Positions 1-9,479 of a stretch of DNA of 64,000 nucleotides are shown piece by piece (the first letter of the stretch is position 1; every line of letters starts with the position of its first letter). Origin of the DNA: a bacterium. GTDB lineage: Bacteria > Zhuqueibacterota > Zhuqueibacteria > Residuimicrobiales > Residuimicrobiaceae. Location: contig DAOLSP010000006.1 of assembly GCA_035419245.1 (NCBI GenBank), positions 66,758 to 130,757 of the forward strand, in the 5' to 3' direction. Under the pieces are notes generated by a model. The model saw nothing but the letters and a program-made list of their open reading frames with translations, had not been told where the DNA came from and did no database searches. The translations under genes and the position numbers were made by a program.

Positions 1-1
1 G

Positions 2-1090
2 ATCGACCTGCCCCCCGAAACCGACCTCTACTCCGAGCCGGTCTACGCCAAGGGGGCGGAAAACCTGCGCCGCTTCATGGCGGAGGGGATCCTGCAGCAG
101 GACCAGTCGCCATCGATCTATGTCTACCGGCAGGAGTGGCGCGGCCGCGTCCAGACCGGCTACCTCTGCCTGGCTTCGGTCGAGGATTACGACAGCAACC
201 GCATCCGCAAACATGAGCTCACGCGGGCGAGCAAGGAGAAAGATCGTACCACACTGATGGACCGCCAGAACGCCCAGATCGGGCCGGTTTTTCTGATGTA
301 TCAGGCTGAACCGGAACTCGATGGACTCCTCGCGGCAGCGGCAGCCGGAGTCCCCCTGGTCGACTTCACTACGTCTGACCAGGTCCGCCACACCCTCTGG
401 CGCATCGAGGATCCCGGGCGGATCAGTGCGATCATCTCAGGATTCGCCCATCTTGAAAAACTCTACGTCGCCGACGGGCATCACCGCTCCGCGGCCGCAA
501 GCAACCTGTGCCGCGAGCGGCGTGCCGCCAATCCGCATCACACCGGGGAAGAACCCTACAACTACTTTCTCGCGGTGATCTTCCCCCACAACCACCTTCG
601 CATTCTCCCCTACAACCGCGTCGTCACCGATCTGAACGGGCTGAGCGTCGCCGAATTTCTGCAAAAGGCGGGAGAGACATTCTTAATCGAGCCCGCTGGA
701 TCCACACCCCCCGAGGTGTCGGAACACACCATCGGAATGTACCTCGATGGCCGATGGTACCTGCTCACCCCCAGGCCGGGGATCTGGAATCCGGCGGACG
801 CTCTTGAGAACCTCGATGTCAACATTCTCATGAACAACATCCTCGGGCCGCTGCTCGCTATCGGCGATCCGCGCACCGACCAACGCATCGACTTTATCGG
901 CGGCATCCGCGGACCCGAAGAGCTGGTCCGGCTGGTTGATTCCGGCAAATTCAGGGTTGCATTCCTGATGCATCCCACCTCGATCGAGCAGCTGATCGCG
1001 GTCGCCGATGCCGGTCTGATCATGCCGCCCAAATCGACCTGGTTCGAGCCGAAACTGCGCAGCGGCCTGGTCATTCACCTGCTGGACTGA
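2..1090 (+). CDS. DUF1015 family protein, 5' end outside the window
   Basis: The reading frame is open from nt 2 (IDLPPETDLYSEPVY…) into the ORF listed at 77..1090. Conserved YVADGHHR motif and overall length are typical of DUF1015. Stop at 1090. Confidence 0.75.
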   Translation: MDLPPETDLYSEPVYAKGAENLRRFMAEGILQQDQSPSIYVYRQEWRGRVQTGYLCLASVEDYDSNRIRKHELTRASKEKDRTTLMDRQNAQIGPVFLMYQAEPELDGLLAAAAAGVPLVDFTTSDQVRHTLWRIEDPGRISAIISGFAHLEKLYVADGHHRSAAASNLCRERRAANPHHTGEEPYNYFLAVIFPHNHLRILPYNRVVTDLNGLSVAEFLQKAGETFLIEPAGSTPPEVSEHTIGMYLDGRWYLLTPRPGIWNPADALENLDVNILMNNILGPLLAIGDPRTDQRIDFIGGIRGPEELVRLVDSGKFRVAFLMHPTSIEQLIAVADAGLIMPPKSTWFEPKLRSGLVIHLLD

Positions 1091-1108
1091 TCTTGAATAA
1101 AGGATGGA

Positions 1109-1996
1109 ATGATGAAAATAATCCTCAGTGATAAATTCGACCCCTCCCTGCCCGGCCGACTGGCACCCTATGGTGAGGTGAGTGACAATAAAGAGATGAT
1201 CCCAGACGCTGATGTCGTGCTCATCCGCAGTAAAACCAAATGCACCAAAGAGTTCATCGACAACGCGCCGAAGCTCAAGCTGATCATCCGCGGCGGTGTC
1301 GGCCTCGATAATGTCGACCGCGACTATGCCAGGAGCAAGGGGATTAAGGTCTACAACACCCCCAAGGCCTCGAGTGTGGCGGTGGCCGAACTGGCCTTCG
1401 CCCTGATGCTCGCCCTGCCCAACCGGCTGATCACCGGTCACAACACCACGGTCGCTGGCCAGTTCCTCAAGAGCGAACTGAAACGAACCGAGCTGTTCAA
1501 CAAAATCCTCGGCATCCTCGGCTGCGGCCGCATCGGCCTCGAGGTGGCTAAGCGCGCCTGCGCATTCGGCATGACGGTCTATGCGTATGACGTCGTCCCG
1601 GTCAAGAGTGAGTACGTCCAGGGACAAAAATCTCTCGACGAGCTGCTGCCGCTGTGCGACTATTTTTCGCTGCACCTGCCGCTGACCCCGGAGACCACCG
1701 CTCTGATCAACCAGGAGCGCATCGCCCGGATGAAGAAGGGGGCCTATATCGTCAACACCGGCCGCGGCAAAACGGTCGTGGAGGCGGATCTGGCCGCGGC
1801 GCTGGAGAGCGGCCAGCTGGCCGGCTACGGCACCGATGTCTTTTTCACCGAGCCGCCCGAAGGCTCGCCGTTGCTTCATGCTCCTAATGTCATCATGACC
1901 CCGCATCTCGGCGCTTCGACCGCCGAAAATCTGCTGCGGATCGCCGACGAGGTGGTCCAGCTGATCGACAAGTTCTCCAAGGGGGAGCTGGCCTGA
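1109..1996 (+). CDS. serA: D-isomer-specific 2-hydroxyacid dehydrogenase, likely short-form D-3-phosphoglycerate dehydrogenase
   Basis: NAD-binding GxGxxG (GILGCGRIGLEV); catalytic-domain motifs (RGG..D, TPHLGAST). Sits immediately upstream of serC with a 44-nt gap. GGA RBS 5 nt before ATGATG. Confidence 0.7.
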   Translation: MMKIILSDKFDPSLPGRLAPYGEVSDNKEMIPDADVVLIRSKTKCTKEFIDNAPKLKLIIRGGVGLDNVDRDYARSKGIKVYNTPKASSVAVAELAFALMLALPNRLITGHNTTVAGQFLKSELKRTELFNKILGILGCGRIGLEVAKRACAFGMTVYAYDVVPVKSEYVQGQKSLDELLPLCDYFSLHLPLTPETTALINQERIARMKKGAYIVNTGRGKTVVEADLAAALESGQLAGYGTDVFFTEPPEGSPLLHAPNVIMTPHLGASTAENLLRIADEVVQLIDKFSKGELA

Positions 1997-2040
1997 TCCG
2001 TTCTAAAACCAACAGACCAACGATTGATAAGGAGATCATC

Positions 2041-3123
2041 ATGGGACGTGTCTATAATTTCAATCCGGGGCCCAGCACCCTGCCCCTCTCCGCTCTTGAA
2101 AAAGCTCAGGCGGAGTTCACCGATTACAAAGGCACCGGCTTATCCGTCCTCGAGATGTCGCATCGGTCCAAGGAGTTCGAGGCTATTCTCGCCGACACGC
2201 AAAATCTGTTGCGGGAGTTGATCGGCATCCCCGAGAATTACAAGATCCTCTTCCTCGGCGGCGGCGCCAGTCTGCAATTTGCGATGCTGGCGATGAATTT
2301 CATCCCCCAGGGCGGTTCGGCCGATTATGTGGTCACCGGCGAATGGGCCAAACGGGCCTTCAAGGAGGCCAACATCGTCGCCAAAGGCCGCGCCGCTGCC
2401 TCCTCCGAGGACAAAAACTTTTCCTATCTCCCGCAGCCGGCGAGCTGGGACCTCGCTCCCGACGCCGCCTATGTGCACATCACCTCCAACAATACCATTT
2501 TCGGCACCCAGTATCGCACTTTTCCGGACCTCAAGGGCAAATTTCTGGTCTGCGACATGTCGTCGGACATCCTCTCCCGCCGCTTTGACATCAACCGGTT
2601 CGCGATGATCTATGCAGGGGCGCAGAAAAACCTCGGCCCGGCGGGCGTCACCGTGGTCATTCTGCGCGATGACCTGGCCGCCACCGCACGCGAGGGTTTA
2701 CCCACCATGCTCTCCTATGCCACCCATATCAAGAACAACTCGCTATACAATACGCCGCCCTGTTTCTCGATTTACATCATGCAGCTGACCCTGCAATGGG
2801 CCAAGGAGATCGGCGGACTGACCGCCATCGAAAAAGTCAATCGCGACAAGGCGGAACTGCTCTATTCGGCCATCGACGGCAGCGACGGCTTTTACCGCGG
2901 CACGGTTGCGCCCGATTCCCGCTCCTGGATGAACGTTCCCATCCGCCTGGCTACCGAAGAGCTCGAAGCGGCCTTCATCGCCGAAGCCAAGAACCAAGGC
3001 ATGATCGGCCTCAAGGGACATCGTTCAGTGGGCGGCCTACGGGTCTCGATGTACAACGCTATGCCTCTGGCCGGGATCGAAAAGCTGGTCAAGTTTATGA
3101 AACAATTCAAGGCGAGCCACTAA
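2041..3123 (+). CDS. serC: Phosphoserine aminotransferase
   Basis: Characteristic N-terminus FNPGPSTLP, class-V aminotransferase body, 360 aa. Strong RBS AAGGAG 7 nt upstream of ATG. Confidence 0.9.
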   Translation: MGRVYNFNPGPSTLPLSALEKAQAEFTDYKGTGLSVLEMSHRSKEFEAILADTQNLLRELIGIPENYKILFLGGGASLQFAMLAMNFIPQGGSADYVVTGEWAKRAFKEANIVAKGRAAASSEDKNFSYLPQPASWDLAPDAAYVHITSNNTIFGTQYRTFPDLKGKFLVCDMSSDILSRRFDINRFAMIYAGAQKNLGPAGVTVVILRDDLAATAREGLPTMLSYATHIKNNSLYNTPPCFSIYIMQLTLQWAKEIGGLTAIEKVNRDKAELLYSAIDGSDGFYRGTVAPDSRSWMNVPIRLATEELEAAFIAEAKNQGMIGLKGHRSVGGLRVSMYNAMPLAGIEKLVKFMKQFKASH

Positions 3124-3133
3124 CCGGACCAGT

Positions 3134-3171
3134 ACAAAAAAAAGGCGCTGAGGTTTCAGCGCCTTTTTTTA
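3134..3171. terminator. Bidirectional rho-independent terminator between serC (+) and the minus-strand genes
   Basis: aaaaaaaaGGCGCTGAggttTCAGCGCCttttttt: 8-bp GC-rich stem flanked by an A-run and a T-run. Confidence 0.8.
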
Positions 3172-3184
3172 TTCCCGGCAGTTA

Positions 3185-4021
3185 TCAGGGAAGATAGGTA
3201 AGGGTGGAATGGGTCGAAAGCGTCTGCGGGAAAGTCATATTGGCCGCCCCGGTGACGGCGATGGTCATCTCCTGGTCAGCGCTGCTTTCAGAAGCCACCA
3301 GGAGGCCTTTGGCTATGCTGAAATAGAGGGTCCCCTCCTGTTTGCCCTCGCCGTCGATGACCACATTGGCGCCCATCTGGCTGCCGCTGCCGGTGAGCTT
3401 CATCGTCCCCTGAAAGGCGATTTTTTGGCAGGGAAATCCGCCATGCTGCTCCTCACCCGCCAGCGTGTAGGTGATGTTGGGAACGATCGCCACCGCGATG
3501 CCCCCCTGGTGGACCGTATCCACCCGGGTGTCGGTCCAGCTGCCGCCGGCTGCAAGGCCATTTTCGGGAAAATGGACCATAAGTCGCTTGAAGAGGTTCG
3601 CCGGTTCGATGCCCATCTGTATCAGCATGGGGTCCGCAGCGATGGTATCAATCATCACCGAAGAAAGAACCTCGCCCAGCGGTGTCTGGACGATTTCGGC
3701 GCGTTTGTTCAACAGCGCACTCATCACCATGGTGGAATCCATACGAAAGTTCTTGATTTTGACGCTGAGTTCGGGAAAGGAGACCCAGCAGGTAAAATCA
3801 CCGTTCGCGGCCACAGCCTGGGGCACGATAGCCACCTTGGCATTCTGCCCCATCTCCGTGACCATTTCCTGTCCATTCATCTCCATCGTGACGGTGGTCT
3901 GCGTAGTCAGCGCATAGGTATAGGTTTTCCCCGACTCATAGGCATAGCGCAGGGTGGTCGAATTTTGCCCAAAGGCGAGAATAGCGCTGCAGAGCAAAAC
4001 GACCAGAGCGATCTTTTTCAT
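3185..4021 (-). CDS. Secreted hypothetical protein with signal peptide
   Basis: N-terminal MKKIALVVLLCSAILAFGQ signal peptide. GGGAGGAA RBS upstream of ATG. No recognisable family. Follows the M28 peptidase gene after 16 nt on the same strand. Confidence 0.65.
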   Translation of the reverse strand: MKKIALVVLLCSAILAFGQNSTTLRYAYESGKTYTYALTTQTTVTMEMNGQEMVTEMGQNAKVAIVPQAVAANGDFTCWVSFPELSVKIKNFRMDSTMVMSALLNKRAEIVQTPLGEVLSSVMIDTIAADPMLIQMGIEPANLFKRLMVHFPENGLAAGGSWTDTRVDTVHQGGIAVAIVPNITYTLAGEEQHGGFPCQKIAFQGTMKLTGSGSQMGANVVIDGEGKQEGTLYFSIAKGLLVASESSADQEMTIAVTGAANMTFPQTLSTHSTLTYLP

Positions 4022-4037
4022 TCTTTCCTCCCGAGGG

Positions 4038-5621
4038 TTATTTGACCGGTTTTACAGGCGGAATAAAAACCGGTTTCTGTTTGTCGTTGGCGACTTGCCA
4101 GGCGACCCGGCTACACAGCTCCGCCACCCGGGCCATTTTATAGACGTTGCACTTGTCTGCTGCATCGCTGACCTTGTGGTAGTCCGGATGCATCCCGGAG
4201 TTGAAAAAGAGGACCGGGATCCCCTTGCGCACAAAGGGGGCATGATCGCTGCCGCCGCGCAGATAGTTGTCGCTGCTGACATCCAGCAGAAATCCGGTTT
4301 TCCGGTTGGCCTTGATCAGGTCTTTCTGCAGTTCGAGACTCGTCCTGCTGCCGGTAATAGAGAGAGAATCCAGCCGATTACGGCTGATCATGTCCATGTT
4401 GAGCATGACCGCGGTCTTGTCGAGCGGCCAAAGAGGTTCGGCCACATAATGGGTCGAACCGAACAGCCCCTTCTCCTCTCCAGCGAAAGCCATACAGAGG
4501 ATGGAGCGTTTTGGTTTTTTCTCCGCCATGGCCAGGGCCCGGGCGGCAGCGAGGACGCCCACCGTCCCGGAGGCGTTGTCGTCAGCACCGTTGTAAATGC
4601 TGTCCTGGCTGGCGGGACCATGATGGGTATAGCCGGTATGATCATAATGGGCTCCGATGATCACGACCTCGTCCTTGAGGCGTTTGTCGCTTCCCGGAAT
4701 GAGTCCGACCACATTTCGGGCATGCTGGACAAGATGCCGGGTCGAGGTGCGAATGTCCGCCCGGCAGCCGACAAGGGGATGTGAGTGTGGCATCATGGCG
4801 CTGTCGATCGCCGCCTGCTCGGCCCGCAGCGCTGCGACGCTGCCGAAAAGCTGGATGATCGCTTCCTCCCCCACCTGGATGGCGGGAATCTTGTCGCTCT
4901 CGGTCTTGCCGAGAGTGACCGGGACGGCATCGGCCGGAAATCCTGGAAAGAGGCTTGGCCAGGGGAATCCGCGCGGGGTAAGCATCCGGTTGTGCAACGG
5001 ATCGGTCACCAGCAAAATGCCTGCAGCGCCATGCTCTATCGCGGTTTTAATCTTTTCTTCCGTACGGGTGAAGCTGACATCCTTGTGAATGAAAAACGGG
5101 CTGGCCGGATCGTTCTGGCGCGGACCCCTTTTGAGGACGAGGACAATCTTGCCCGCAACGTCCAGGCCCGCATAATCATCGTAGCCCAGCTCCGGGGTGG
5201 CGAGGCCGTAACCCGCGAAGACGATCTCGCCATGGCAGAGCTTGTTGGCGGTCATCTCGAAGGGCATATACTCCTTCTTGATGAGATAATCCCGGCTGAG
5301 GCCATCGCGTCCGGTGATCCGGCAGCTGTTGCTGTCGCCCAGAAAGATTTGGTGCAGGTCAATCTCCTGGAAATAGCTGCCCTGGAACGGCTGCAAACCG
5401 CTCGACTGAAAGGCACGGGCGATGAAGGCAGCAGCGGTATCGAGGCCGGGGCTGGGCGTATTGCGTCCGAGCAACGAATCGGAAGCGAGAAAGAGCAGCT
5501 GCTGCCGCATGATGTCCGGTTGAATGGCTGCCAGGGAACGGGCTGGAAAATCGGAGGCGCTGCAGGGTAATATGCTTGCAGTGGTCAAGGCCGCGAGCAA
5601 CAGGATGGAGGGGGTACGCAT
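4038..5621 (-). CDS. M28 family zinc aminopeptidase with PA domain
   Basis: Signal peptide MRTPSILLLAALTTASILPCSAS. PA-domain region followed by the M28 metal-ligand motifs (HYDH, NGADDNASG, GEEKGLFGS, DH). Start placed at the internal ATG of the signal peptide; the ORF track begins 111 nt further upstream at 5732. Confidence 0.8.
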   Translation of the reverse strand: MRTPSILLLAALTTASILPCSASDFPARSLAAIQPDIMRQQLLFLASDSLLGRNTPSPGLDTAAAFIARAFQSSGLQPFQGSYFQEIDLHQIFLGDSNSCRITGRDGLSRDYLIKKEYMPFEMTANKLCHGEIVFAGYGLATPELGYDDYAGLDVAGKIVLVLKRGPRQNDPASPFFIHKDVSFTRTEEKIKTAIEHGAAGILLVTDPLHNRMLTPRGFPWPSLFPGFPADAVPVTLGKTESDKIPAIQVGEEAIIQLFGSVAALRAEQAAIDSAMMPHSHPLVGCRADIRTSTRHLVQHARNVVGLIPGSDKRLKDEVVIIGAHYDHTGYTHHGPASQDSIYNGADDNASGTVGVLAAARALAMAEKKPKRSILCMAFAGEEKGLFGSTHYVAEPLWPLDKTAVMLNMDMISRNRLDSLSITGSRTSLELQKDLIKANRKTGFLLDVSSDNYLRGGSDHAPFVRKGIPVLFFNSGMHPDYHKVSDAADKCNVYKMARVAELCSRVAWQVANDKQKPVFIPPVKPVK

Positions 5622-5889
5622 GAAGCGAAGTGTCCTTTTCTGGTGGATGGAAGATCCCCATTGATCGGCTAAATATACGCCCGTCCGTGGAGAAAAGCAA
5701 GAATTCTTCACGAAGAGTGCAGCAACACCCATGGTGGAACGGTGTGGTAATTGCTTGTGATTAAGCCGCAGATTTAGTATATTTTTTTTATTTTATGGTT
5801 TACCAAGCATACGCAGGCACGGCCGGGAGGTTTCATCCGCCGGGCCTTTTGTTGCAGCGTATCCAACCAAAAGCAGGGAATGGTTCCGC

Positions 5890-7707
5890 ATGCCGCCCAC
5901 CGACCAGCTGCGACGCTTTATCCTCTATTATCTGCTCCGGTACAAATGGACCCTGGTCATTGGAGGCCTCTTGACCCTCCTGACGACAGGATTCCAGTTG
6001 GCCACGCCGATGGTGCTCCGTTATGCCATCGAGTATGCGGAATGGCGATTGGGGAGCGCCGAGGCCGTCCTGCCGCGATGGCTCCAGAGCCAGGTTGGCG
6101 GTTATTCACCCCTGCTCGCCCTCGGACTCTTCGCAGCGGCCATGGTGGGGATGACTCTGCTGCAGGGCCTTTTCCGCTATTACCTGCGCATGGCGCTCAT
6201 CGGCATGTCGCGCAAGGTGGAATATAATCTGCGCAACGACTATCTCCGCCATCTGCAGACCCTTTCCGCCTCGTTCTATCAGCGTCACAAGACCGGGGAT
6301 CTCATGGCTCGGGCGACCAACGACATGGAAGCGGTGCGTTCGATGCTCGGGCCGGGGATCATGTACTTTGCCACGACCTTCATAGTCGCCCTCATTTCAA
6401 TCGCCCTGATGGCGGGGATTTCCTGGCGGACGACACTGTGGTCGCTGGCACTGATGCCTTTTGTCGCCTTGATCGTCTACAGTCAGGCCCGACAGATCGC
6501 TCGGCTTTTCGACAAGATTCAGGAGCAATTCTCCAGCCTGACGGCCAAAGTGCAGGAAAACATCTCCGGCATCCGCGTGGTCAAATCCTATGTCCAGGAG
6601 GCCCACGAAATCGAGGACTTTCGCAGCCAGAGTGAGGAGTACATCCGCCGCAATCTCAAACTGGTCAAGGTGCGGGCCGGGATGTGGACCTCCATCGATT
6701 TCCTCCTGGGCTTGACCACCCTCGCTGCTCTGGTTGCCGGCGGCCGTGAGGTCATGGAGGGCCGACTCAGCATTGGTGGTCTGGTGGCCTTCCTTTCCTA
6801 CCTGGCGATGCTCGCCTGGCCGATGATCGCCATGGGCTGGACCCTCAACATGTGGCAGGAAGGATTGGCCTCAACCGGCCGCATCCTCGAAATCTTTCGC
6901 GAACAGCCGGATATCAGCGATGGCCCGGAGACCGATCGTGGGATCACCGCCCTGCAGGGCGAAATCGAATTCCGTAACCTTTCCTTCGCCTATTCGCCGG
7001 AGGCGGAGCCGGTTCTCAAGGAGATCTCGCTACATATTCCCGCAGGAAAGACCGTGGCCATCGTCGGCGCAACCGGCTCCGGCAAATCGACCCTGGTCAA
7101 CCTGATCCCTCGCCTCCATCAAGCCGGACCGGGAGAGCTGCTGATCGACGGCCATCCAGTCGAACGCATCCCCCTTGCCCTGCTGCGGCGCAGCATCGGT
7201 ATGGTGCCTCAGGAGACCATCCTCTTCTCCGAGACCCTGCAAGAAAATATCGGCTTCGGGGAAGAGGAGATGCGTCTGGCCGAGATCGAAGCAGCGGCCG
7301 AGACCTCGCAGATCCGCAGCGATTTTGACCAGTTCCCCGATGGCTTTGCAACTCTTGTCGGGGAGCGCGGCATCACCCTTTCCGGCGGACAGAAGCAACG
7401 CACTGCGATTTCGCGCGCCGTCATCCGCAAGCCCAAAATCCTCATTCTCGATGATGCCCTCTCTGCAGTCGATACCTACACCGAGGAGGAGATTCTCAAG
7501 CGATTGCGAGGCGTCATGGCGGACCGCACGACCATCCTGGTCTCGCACCGGATCTCGACCGTGCGTGAGGCTGATCTCATCGTTGTCCTCAAGGAGGGCA
7601 GGATTATCGAACAGGGCCGGCATGACGCGCTTTTAGAGCAGAAAGGCGCGTACTGGCAGTTATACCAGCGGCAAATGCTGGAAGAATCATTGGCAGAAAT
7701 CGGTTGA
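5890..7707 (+). CDS. ABC exporter, fused transmembrane and ATPase (type I exporter), half-transporter 1
   Basis: Six-helix TMD followed by an NBD: Walker A GATGSGKST, signature LSGGQKQR, Walker B ILILDDALSAVD. The residue after Walker B is D, not the catalytic E. Confidence 0.9.
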   Translation: MPPTDQLRRFILYYLLRYKWTLVIGGLLTLLTTGFQLATPMVLRYAIEYAEWRLGSAEAVLPRWLQSQVGGYSPLLALGLFAAAMVGMTLLQGLFRYYLRMALIGMSRKVEYNLRNDYLRHLQTLSASFYQRHKTGDLMARATNDMEAVRSMLGPGIMYFATTFIVALISIALMAGISWRTTLWSLALMPFVALIVYSQARQIARLFDKIQEQFSSLTAKVQENISGIRVVKSYVQEAHEIEDFRSQSEEYIRRNLKLVKVRAGMWTSIDFLLGLTTLAALVAGGREVMEGRLSIGGLVAFLSYLAMLAWPMIAMGWTLNMWQEGLASTGRILEIFREQPDISDGPETDRGITALQGEIEFRNLSFAYSPEAEPVLKEISLHIPAGKTVAIVGATGSGKSTLVNLIPRLHQAGPGELLIDGHPVERIPLALLRRSIGMVPQETILFSETLQENIGFGEEEMRLAEIEAAAETSQIRSDFDQFPDGFATLVGERGITLSGGQKQRTAISRAVIRKPKILILDDALSAVDTYTEEEILKRLRGVMADRTTILVSHRISTVREADLIVVLKEGRIIEQGRHDALLEQKGAYWQLYQRQMLEESLAEIG

Positions 7708-9479
7708 GGCACTGCGTGAGTCAGCACGAAGAAGAGATTATCGGCAAGGCCTACGACAGCCGGCTGATGCGGCGGCTGCTCACCTATCTTCATCCCTACC
7801 GCTGGCAGGTGGTGCTGGCCGTGGTCGTTCTCATCTTTGGGTCGCTGGCGGAGTTGCTCCTGCCCTGGCTGACCAGGGTGGCCATCGACCGCTACATCAG
7901 CACCAGGCAATTCCGCGGGCTGATCGGGCTGGCGGCGGTCTATTTCGCCGTGCTGCTGATGCAAATGACCTTCATCTTTTTCCAAACCTTTCTGACACAA
8001 AAGATCGGGCAGAAGGTGATGTATGACATGCGCAACCAGATCTTTTCTCATCTGCAGCGTCTGCCCCTCTCCTTCTTCGACAAGAATCCGGTCGGCCGCC
8101 TGGTCACCCGCGCGACCAATGATGTCGAAACCCTCAACAGCATGCTCTCCAGCGGCGTCGTGACTCTGTTCGGGGATCTCTTTGTCCTCTTTGGCATTAT
8201 CATCGTGATGCTGGTCTTCAACTGGCAGTTGGCCTTGCTCTGCTTCACCGTCCTGCCCCTCATCTTCGCCGCCAGCGCCTGGTTCAGGATCAATGTGCGC
8301 GAATCCTTCCGCAAGGTGCGTCTGCGCATCGCCCGCATCAACAGCTATCTCCAGGAAAACATCATGGGGATGTCGATCGTGCAGATCTTCAACCGGGAGA
8401 AAAAGAACTACCGCCGTTTCGACGAGCTCAACCACGACTATCTGGAAGCCTATCTCGAGACCATCTATTACTATTCGGTCTTTTACCCCTTGGTCGAGAT
8501 CATCAGCTCCCTGGCCCTGGCCATCATTCTCTGGTATGGCGGGATCCGGGTCATCAGCGGTACCTTGACCATCGGTGTGGTTGTGGCCTTTGTCCAGTAT
8601 TCCCAGCGTTTTTTCCAGCCGATCCGCGATCTCTCGGAGAAATACAATCTGATGCAGTCGGCGATGGCCTCCAGCGAGCGGATTTTCAAACTCCTGGACG
8701 AGCCCGAGCAGACGCTGATACCTGATCACCCCGCGAAAATGCCGCCGCCTTGCGGCGAAATCGAGTTTCGCGGGGTCTCTTTCAGCTATAATCTGGATGA
8801 ACCGGTTCTGAAACAGATCTCCTTCCGGATCGGCTGCGGCCAAAAGGTGGCGATCGTTGGCGCCACAGGCGCCGGCAAAACCACCCTCATCAACCTCATC
8901 GACCGGCTCTATGAGCCCAGTTCCGGGCAGATTCTCCTAAACGGCATCGATACAGGACTTTACCCCCTGGCCGAGTTGCGCCGCCGGGTGCGCATGGTAC
9001 TTCAGGATGTCTTCATCTTCTCGGGAACGGTGGAATACAACATTCGTCTCGGTGATCAATCGATCCCGATGGATCGGGTGGTCCAGGCCGCAAAGGATGT
9101 GCATGCCCACGATTTCATCGAAAAACTGCCCAACGGCTACCAGACCGAATTGAGCGAGCGCGGCAGCAATCTTTCGGTCGGCCAGAAACAGCTGCTCTCC
9201 TTTGCCCGTGCCCTGGTCTTCGATCCGGAAGTCCTGATCATGGACGAGGCCACCTCCTCGGTCGACACCGAGACCGAACTGCTGCTGCGGGAAGCCACAA
9301 CCCGGCTGATGGCTGGTCGCACCTCGGTCATCATTGCCCATCGCCTCTCTACCATCCAGAACGTCGACTGGATTCTGGTTCTCCACAAGGGCGAGTTGCG
9401 CGAGATGGGCACCCATGCCGAGCTACTCGCCAGAAAGGGGATCTACCATCGGCTCTACCAACTGCAATATCAGAATTAG
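7704..9479 (+). CDS. ABC exporter, fused transmembrane and ATPase, half-transporter 2
   Basis: Overlaps the upstream stop by 4 nt, suggesting translational coupling. TTG start (GTG alternative at 7713). Walker A GATGAGKTT, degenerate signature LSVGQKQL, canonical Walker B + E (LIMDEATSSVD). Confidence 0.9.
   Translation: MRHCVSQHEEEIIGKAYDSRLMRRLLTYLHPYRWQVVLAVVVLIFGSLAELLLPWLTRVAIDRYISTRQFRGLIGLAAVYFAVLLMQMTFIFFQTFLTQKIGQKVMYDMRNQIFSHLQRLPLSFFDKNPVGRLVTRATNDVETLNSMLSSGVVTLFGDLFVLFGIIIVMLVFNWQLALLCFTVLPLIFAASAWFRINVRESFRKVRLRIARINSYLQENIMGMSIVQIFNREKKNYRRFDELNHDYLEAYLETIYYYSVFYPLVEIISSLALAIILWYGGIRVISGTLTIGVVVAFVQYSQRFFQPIRDLSEKYNLMQSAMASSERIFKLLDEPEQTLIPDHPAKMPPPCGEIEFRGVSFSYNLDEPVLKQISFRIGCGQKVAIVGATGAGKTTLINLIDRLYEPSSGQILLNGIDTGLYPLAELRRRVRMVLQDVFIFSGTVEYNIRLGDQSIPMDRVVQAAKDVHAHDFIEKLPNGYQTELSERGSNLSVGQKQLLSFARALVFDPEVLIMDEATSSVDTETELLLREATTRLMAGRTSVIIAHRLSTIQNVDWILVLHKGELREMGTHAELLARKGIYHRLYQLQYQN

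Noticed and set aside
683-1906. 407-aa minus-strand ORF antisense to the DUF1015/serA genes
   Set aside because: Low-complexity Arg/Gly/Ala-rich translation typical of antisense frames in GC-rich DNA. It overlaps two well-supported plus-strand genes.
5793-5860. GC-rich hairpin-like sequence (cggccgggagg…ccgccgggcc) followed by ttttg in the peptidase/ABC divergent spacer
   Set aside because: The arms are not properly complementary, and no gene ends here on either strand, so it is not a terminator.
7476-8843. 455-aa minus-strand ORF antisense to the ABC exporter genes
   Set aside because: Antisense artefact: no RBS and biased composition, and the sense-strand ABC genes have clear motifs.
9334-9414. 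Long N-terminal extension of the amylase ORF overlapping the ABC gene by 146 nt
   Set aside because: It would put ~50 non-signal residues before the signal peptide. A start at 9415 or later is more plausible.
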